Shown here: positions 60,801 through 64,000 of the stretch, in pieces
How positions within the stretch are numbered: position 1 is the first letter of the stretch
How the letters are laid out: each line of letters opens with the position of its first letter
DNA from: Tubiluchus corallicola
Lineage: Eukaryota > Animalia > Priapulida
NCBI GenBank assembly: GCA_030141605.1
Contig: JAQGDQ010000757.1
Location: 1 to 64,000 of the forward strand
Direction of reading: 5' to 3'
Length of the DNA stretch: 64,000 nucleotides
Notes under the pieces: model-generated
What the model saw: the letters and a program-made list of their open reading frames with translations, nothing else
What the model was told of the DNA's origin: nothing
Database searches by the model: none
Position numbers and translations under genes: made by a program

Positions 60801-63800
60801 TACTTTACAAAGATTAGATTCAGCAGTCAAACTGACGACATCAGACATCACGGAATTAGAAAAAGTGCAGCAGTTTTACCAGGTATGATAATTGCCTTTA
60901 TGGAGTGAGGTTACGTCAGTCATTGATCTTTAATTTCAATCTGGTAATAATTTATTAATGTTTTAATGTTAGTTAGTTAGCTTTAATGTTTTCATTGCAG
61001 TACTAAGACTGTATGACGTTACATGATAATATAATAATCATAATAAAACAAACATTAACATTTGTTGAGTTCTTTAATAAACAAATTGGTATTTGTTGAG
61101 CATGATCTAAAATTTAAGTCACATTTTATCAATATAATAATGACAAAAACACAATATTTAAACTATTATTACAAGAAAACCAGTTGTTGTAATAACAATG
61201 ACAAATATCATCATATCATATCATATCATATCATATCCATTCGGTTCCATGTCAGGCATCTCTGCTTGTTGACCGATCATAGTCTACACTTTAAAATCTA
61301 TTTAGTGAAATAGTTTTAGTGCTGTATTGGTGGTGCAGCTATGTGTCATTCAGTTCAAGTAGTTATAGCGTTTGCATAAAGATCCACGACCAAATATTGT
61401 TCCAAAGATTCACGACCCTCAAGCTTGTGTCATGTGGTAGTGCCACTGTACCTTTTCTTTAACTTATGTGGTTGGCTCCTAGTTCTTGTTTGATAAATTC
61501 TTCGCGGGATCTCAGCATGTATACTATACATTCCACGTGTAAACTGTATATTTCTATCGTATGACCTTGGACCGTCTGTACCCCATACTAAACAACTCCA
61601 AAGCCTGTAGATGCTCCTTCTAAGGCAATTTTTTATCTCTGGGACTATCCTGGTTGCTCTATGAAGAACTCCCTCAATCAAATTCTGCCAGGTCTTTTAC
61701 AAACCTGGGCAATGGGCATCCATGCTGTTTTGTCATAGTCGAGGTGTGGCCTAACTAACACTGCAAATAAAAGTTTAATGTCATTCCATCAAAGAATTCG
61801 TATGATCTTCTGATAATCCAAGTATCTTATTAGCCTGACTCACTTGAATTTTGGAAAACTTCAAGGCATAATCCATGCACAATCTAATTCGTATGATCTC
61901 TGATAATCCAAGTATCTTATTAGCCTGACTCACTTGAATTTTGGAAAACTTCAAGGCATAATCCATGCACAATCTGCAATATGAACCATTTATAACTTGA
62001 AGAGCTTTGCTGCCAGTAAGTGAAAAATAGTTTTTCTTCTAATAAAAATTTAAACATTTTCTGTGATTTCCCATTGTTGATAAAATGTCAGATTTACATT
62101 TGTACAGTTATACTCAAGAATTGTACTCTTTGTTTAACAAACTAATTAAATTTGACTTTTTTAGTGTTTTTACAGGAAGGATATTCGGTAGTGAGGACAC
62201 CGAACATAAAAAAATTAACGTCTGACTAATTTTCATTACTTTCACAGGCTATCAGCAGTGAATTTTCTCAAATGCTGCCAACTATAACTTCACTTCAGGA
62301 GATTTTCGACAGAATGTCATCTTATCTTGATGCAACAAGTACTATAAACATGACAAATGTTTCGCTTGTGGAAAAATTTGATGAATTGAAGCTGAAACTT
62401 GAACGCGGTGTTAGTTATATCAGTGCCCACGTGTCATTGTTTGAGAAACTGCAAGAGTTGAACAACTGGATGACGACGGTGCAAGAAAAGCTCACTCTGA
62501 CCGGTACTCTGACGGAAACAGATGCTGATTCATTGTTGAATAATATTAAGGTAATTTGCTAAGTAAAAAATAAAGAAATAGGTCAAAAAAATTTCCAATT
62601 ACATATTATGTAGTAATGTAGTATTTATATGGGTGTTTAGTAACTTTGTACAAGTCCAAATGCATGTGGCAAGCTGGGAACTTAAGGTTATTAAGTCTAT
62701 CCCTTTAAGGTGAGGCATATAATTAGAATTAGCATAATTGTTTTAGCCATATTCAGGAGTAAATGCATTTTCCATCTACGAGGTAAAACAGCCAAAATCA
62801 GCATAGCAAATTTAATCACCCAGAGTGAGTATTGAACTCAACAATTACTCTTCCATTCACTAATTGGCCTTGGCATCATTCTTAACGTTCGTCTCCAAGT
62901 CTATGTCGTGACCACTTGCTGTACTGTCACCTCGAAATTAAACTGGAATTAACTTTTTGCTACTTGTACAGTAAATAACCTTTATTTTTTTCTTTATATT
63001 TTTTCTTGTTTAGATTGAAATTGATGCTGTAAGCCCCAAAGAAATTTTGTTCTTGAAGCAATATGCACACAATCCTACTATTTAACTGAATATCTTGTCT
63101 TATCTCAAAGTGAAATTTCCAATGTGTTGATATTACTTTGGTTGGCTATACATGAAGATTTTGTATGGTTTGGTTGTATTTCTAATCTTTTCAGCTCTTT
63201 AAGAAGGAAATTTAAGGTAACATTTTCCATAAATCATTGGCAGACCTACCATTGTCAAATTAAGTTTGAGGTTACAACTGATTTGATCCTCTTTCACGAT
63301 TTATAAAAAAATACTAAGTTTACATTCATTGGACATGCATTTGTAGCATAACAAAAATGGTGGCAGAATACATATGTTGGGGTTTAGTTAGTTGGGAGTA
63401 AGTAATTGTAAAAAAACATGCTTGAAACTAAAACAGTAACCTTTATGCTATAAAGATTTCCAAAAATTTCGTAAAGAATATCAGCTAAGGCTTTTTAAAA
63501 TCATGTTATCCTGAGGTTTGACTCTCAACTGGCATGTTCTCTGAGGGTTGACAAAGCAGTGGATGACATCACGGCCTGCCAAAGATAATGTTAGCATCAT
63601 CAGATTTTAGATTTAAGAGTCTCATTGAGGGTGACACTAACAAAGGACAAAAACCCAATGACAATACCTAAGATCTGCAAAAACACGTCATTTGGCAGGC
63701 ACGCACAGGTGTAGAGATACAACATGTCCAAAATCCGACAAAATGATCACATGGCTTTGGCTTTTTGTAACTTATAACTTTGGCCTTTACATAAAACCAG

Positions 63801-64000
63801 TGATTCAGCCAATCTCAGGTAAGCTTCTTGTTTCAACATGGGGTCCACAATATTAGGTTGGCTAGTATATTCTCATCTATTCACTTCAATAACTTCAATA
63901 TTTTCCTCATCCACAGGAGATGAAGTTGGATGTTGAACTAAAAGCACACGTGGTGGAGAGAGCCATGGAAGCTGTGTATCAGTTATCAGCAGCTGCAGAA
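31175..64000 (+). CDS. SYNE1: Nesprin-1/SYNE1/MSP-300-like gene, right (plus-strand) copy, partial: CH1-CH2 plus spectrin repeats
   Basis: Exons: 31175-31236, 31951-32046, 33201-33284, 36441-36533, 36839-37029, 37881-38077, 38343-38455, 38783-38929, 39835-40146, 40658-40939, 41838-41931, 42553-42758, 43375-43536, 43938-44093, 44613-44756, 45689-45871, 46315-46458, 47377-47544, 48089-48226, 48820-48981, 49442-49537, 50043-50191, 50990-51098, 51726-51885, 52642-52802, 53903-54079, 54654-54794, 55353-55598, 56171-56332 (4535 nt, open). Then 57919-58877, 59635-59783, 60729-60882, 62248-62550, 63917->64000. The linker [15 protein letters not shown] and CH1 end [11 protein letters not shown] are nesprin-type. 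Confidence 0.9.
32555..32970 (+). repeat. (AAGAG)n/(GAGAG)n polypurine satellite (mirror, shorter)
   Basis: About 410 bp of pentamer repeats. Confidence 0.97.
33655..34485 (+). mobile_element. Unclassified ~830-bp interspersed repeat with tRNA-like head (SINE-like); mirror at ~24420-25275
   Basis: GC-richer than the flanks; A-box TAGCTGAGTGG and degenerate B-box GGGCGATCCCC at the 5' end; no ORF. Confidence 0.4.
34513..36155. mobile_element. Foldback-like element, right-arm copy
   Basis: Mirror of 22825-24394 with a different number of minisatellite units at each end. Confidence 0.55.
36839..38455 (+). CDS. SYNE1: CH1-CH2 linker and CH2 domain exons (3 exons) of the right copy
   Basis: IEEHTRQL...[17 protein letters not shown]|[32 protein letters not shown]...[10 protein letters not shown]|[24 protein letters not shown]. 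Confidence 0.93.
56430..56562. mobile_element. Short TTAA-CCC-ended (piggyBac-like) MITE; mirror at 1-117
   Basis: CpG-rich 130-bp segment ending GAAACGGG|TTAA, with a degenerate left end TAAGCCTTTCCG. Confidence 0.35.
56592..57265 (+). pseudogene. Decayed spectrin-repeat exon (pseudo-exon or alternative last exon)
   Basis: Branch point ACTAAC (56563) and acceptor TACAG|, phase 0: [20 protein letters not shown]. Further coding-like fragments in shifting frames: [73 protein letters not shown]. Candidate donors at 57266 and 57272. Confidence 0.7.
57919..58877 (+). CDS. SYNE1: Large acidic (D/E-rich, probably disordered) exon ending in the start of a spectrin repeat
   Basis: TTTTTTAG| acceptor in phase 1, ~320 open codons, ends IDELLQNHK|GTAAGG in phase 0. 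Confidence 0.85.
59635..59783 (+). CDS. SYNE1: Spectrin-repeat exon
   Basis: ACAG|[23 protein letters not shown]...[17 protein letters not shown](R)|GTACCT, phase 0 to 2. Confidence 0.85.
59845..60138. mobile_element. hAT-like MITE
   Basis: Termini CAAGGCCGGATT...AGTCGGGTCCTG with subterminal GCCC(C)TAGGC motifs. Flanks CCTGTATA/ACTGTATG match at 6 of 8 positions, consistent with an 8-bp TSD. Confidence 0.6.
60729..60882 (+). CDS. SYNE1: Spectrin-repeat exon
   Basis: TTTTTAG|(R)[22 protein letters not shown]...[10 protein letters not shown]|GTATGA, phase 2 to 0. Confidence 0.85.
61205..61980 (-). mobile_element. Degraded CR1-type LINE 3' fragment
   Basis: Minus-strand motifs [24 protein letters not shown] and [16 protein letters not shown]; multiple frameshifts; (ATATG)n tail at 61205-61237. 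Confidence 0.75.
61795..61975 (+). repeat. Near-perfect ~90-bp tandem duplication inside the CR1 fragment
   Basis: 61795-61885 and 61886-61975 differ by one 1-bp indel. Confidence 0.92.
62248..62550 (+). CDS. SYNE1: Spectrin-repeat exon
   Basis: CACAG|[13 protein letters not shown]...[18 protein letters not shown]...LLNNIK|GTAATT. Confidence 0.87.
63014..63028 (+). CDS. Candidate 15-nt microexon (IEIDA)
   Basis: Long polypyrimidine tract, TTTAG| ATTGAAATTGATGCT |GTAAGC; symmetric phase 0-0. Confidence 0.5.
63917..64000 (+). CDS. SYNE1: Spectrin-repeat exon, truncated by window end
   Basis: CCACAG|[28 protein letters not shown], phase 0. Confidence 0.8.

Overview
This is AT-rich eukaryotic (metazoan) genomic DNA rich in introns and microsatellites; an invertebrate, possibly annelid-like lophotrochozoan origin is only a guess from repeat content. 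The window is dominated by a giant imperfect palindrome: left arm 1..~28489 (runs off the window start), a ~2.1-kb unique spacer (28490..30601), and right arm ~30602..56546. Each arm carries a head-to-head copy of the 5' part of a nesprin-1/SYNE1/MSP-300-like gene. I traced 29 coding exons per copy (tandem CH actin-binding domains plus spectrin repeats, ~1510 codons) and the frame is open in both. The arms differ by scattered SNPs (more near the centre, very few distally), a 5'-truncated RTE LINE with a 13-bp TSD in the left arm only, and microhomology-flanked indels in both arms. The + copy continues to the window end through a decayed spectrin-repeat exon with an in-frame stop at codon 4, an intact 959-bp acidic exon of incompatible phase, further spectrin-repeat exons and a candidate 15-nt microexon. 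No clear ATG-bearing first exon was found for either copy. Whether the palindrome is real or two haplotypes joined head-to-head cannot be decided from sequence alone. All comparisons were made by eye.
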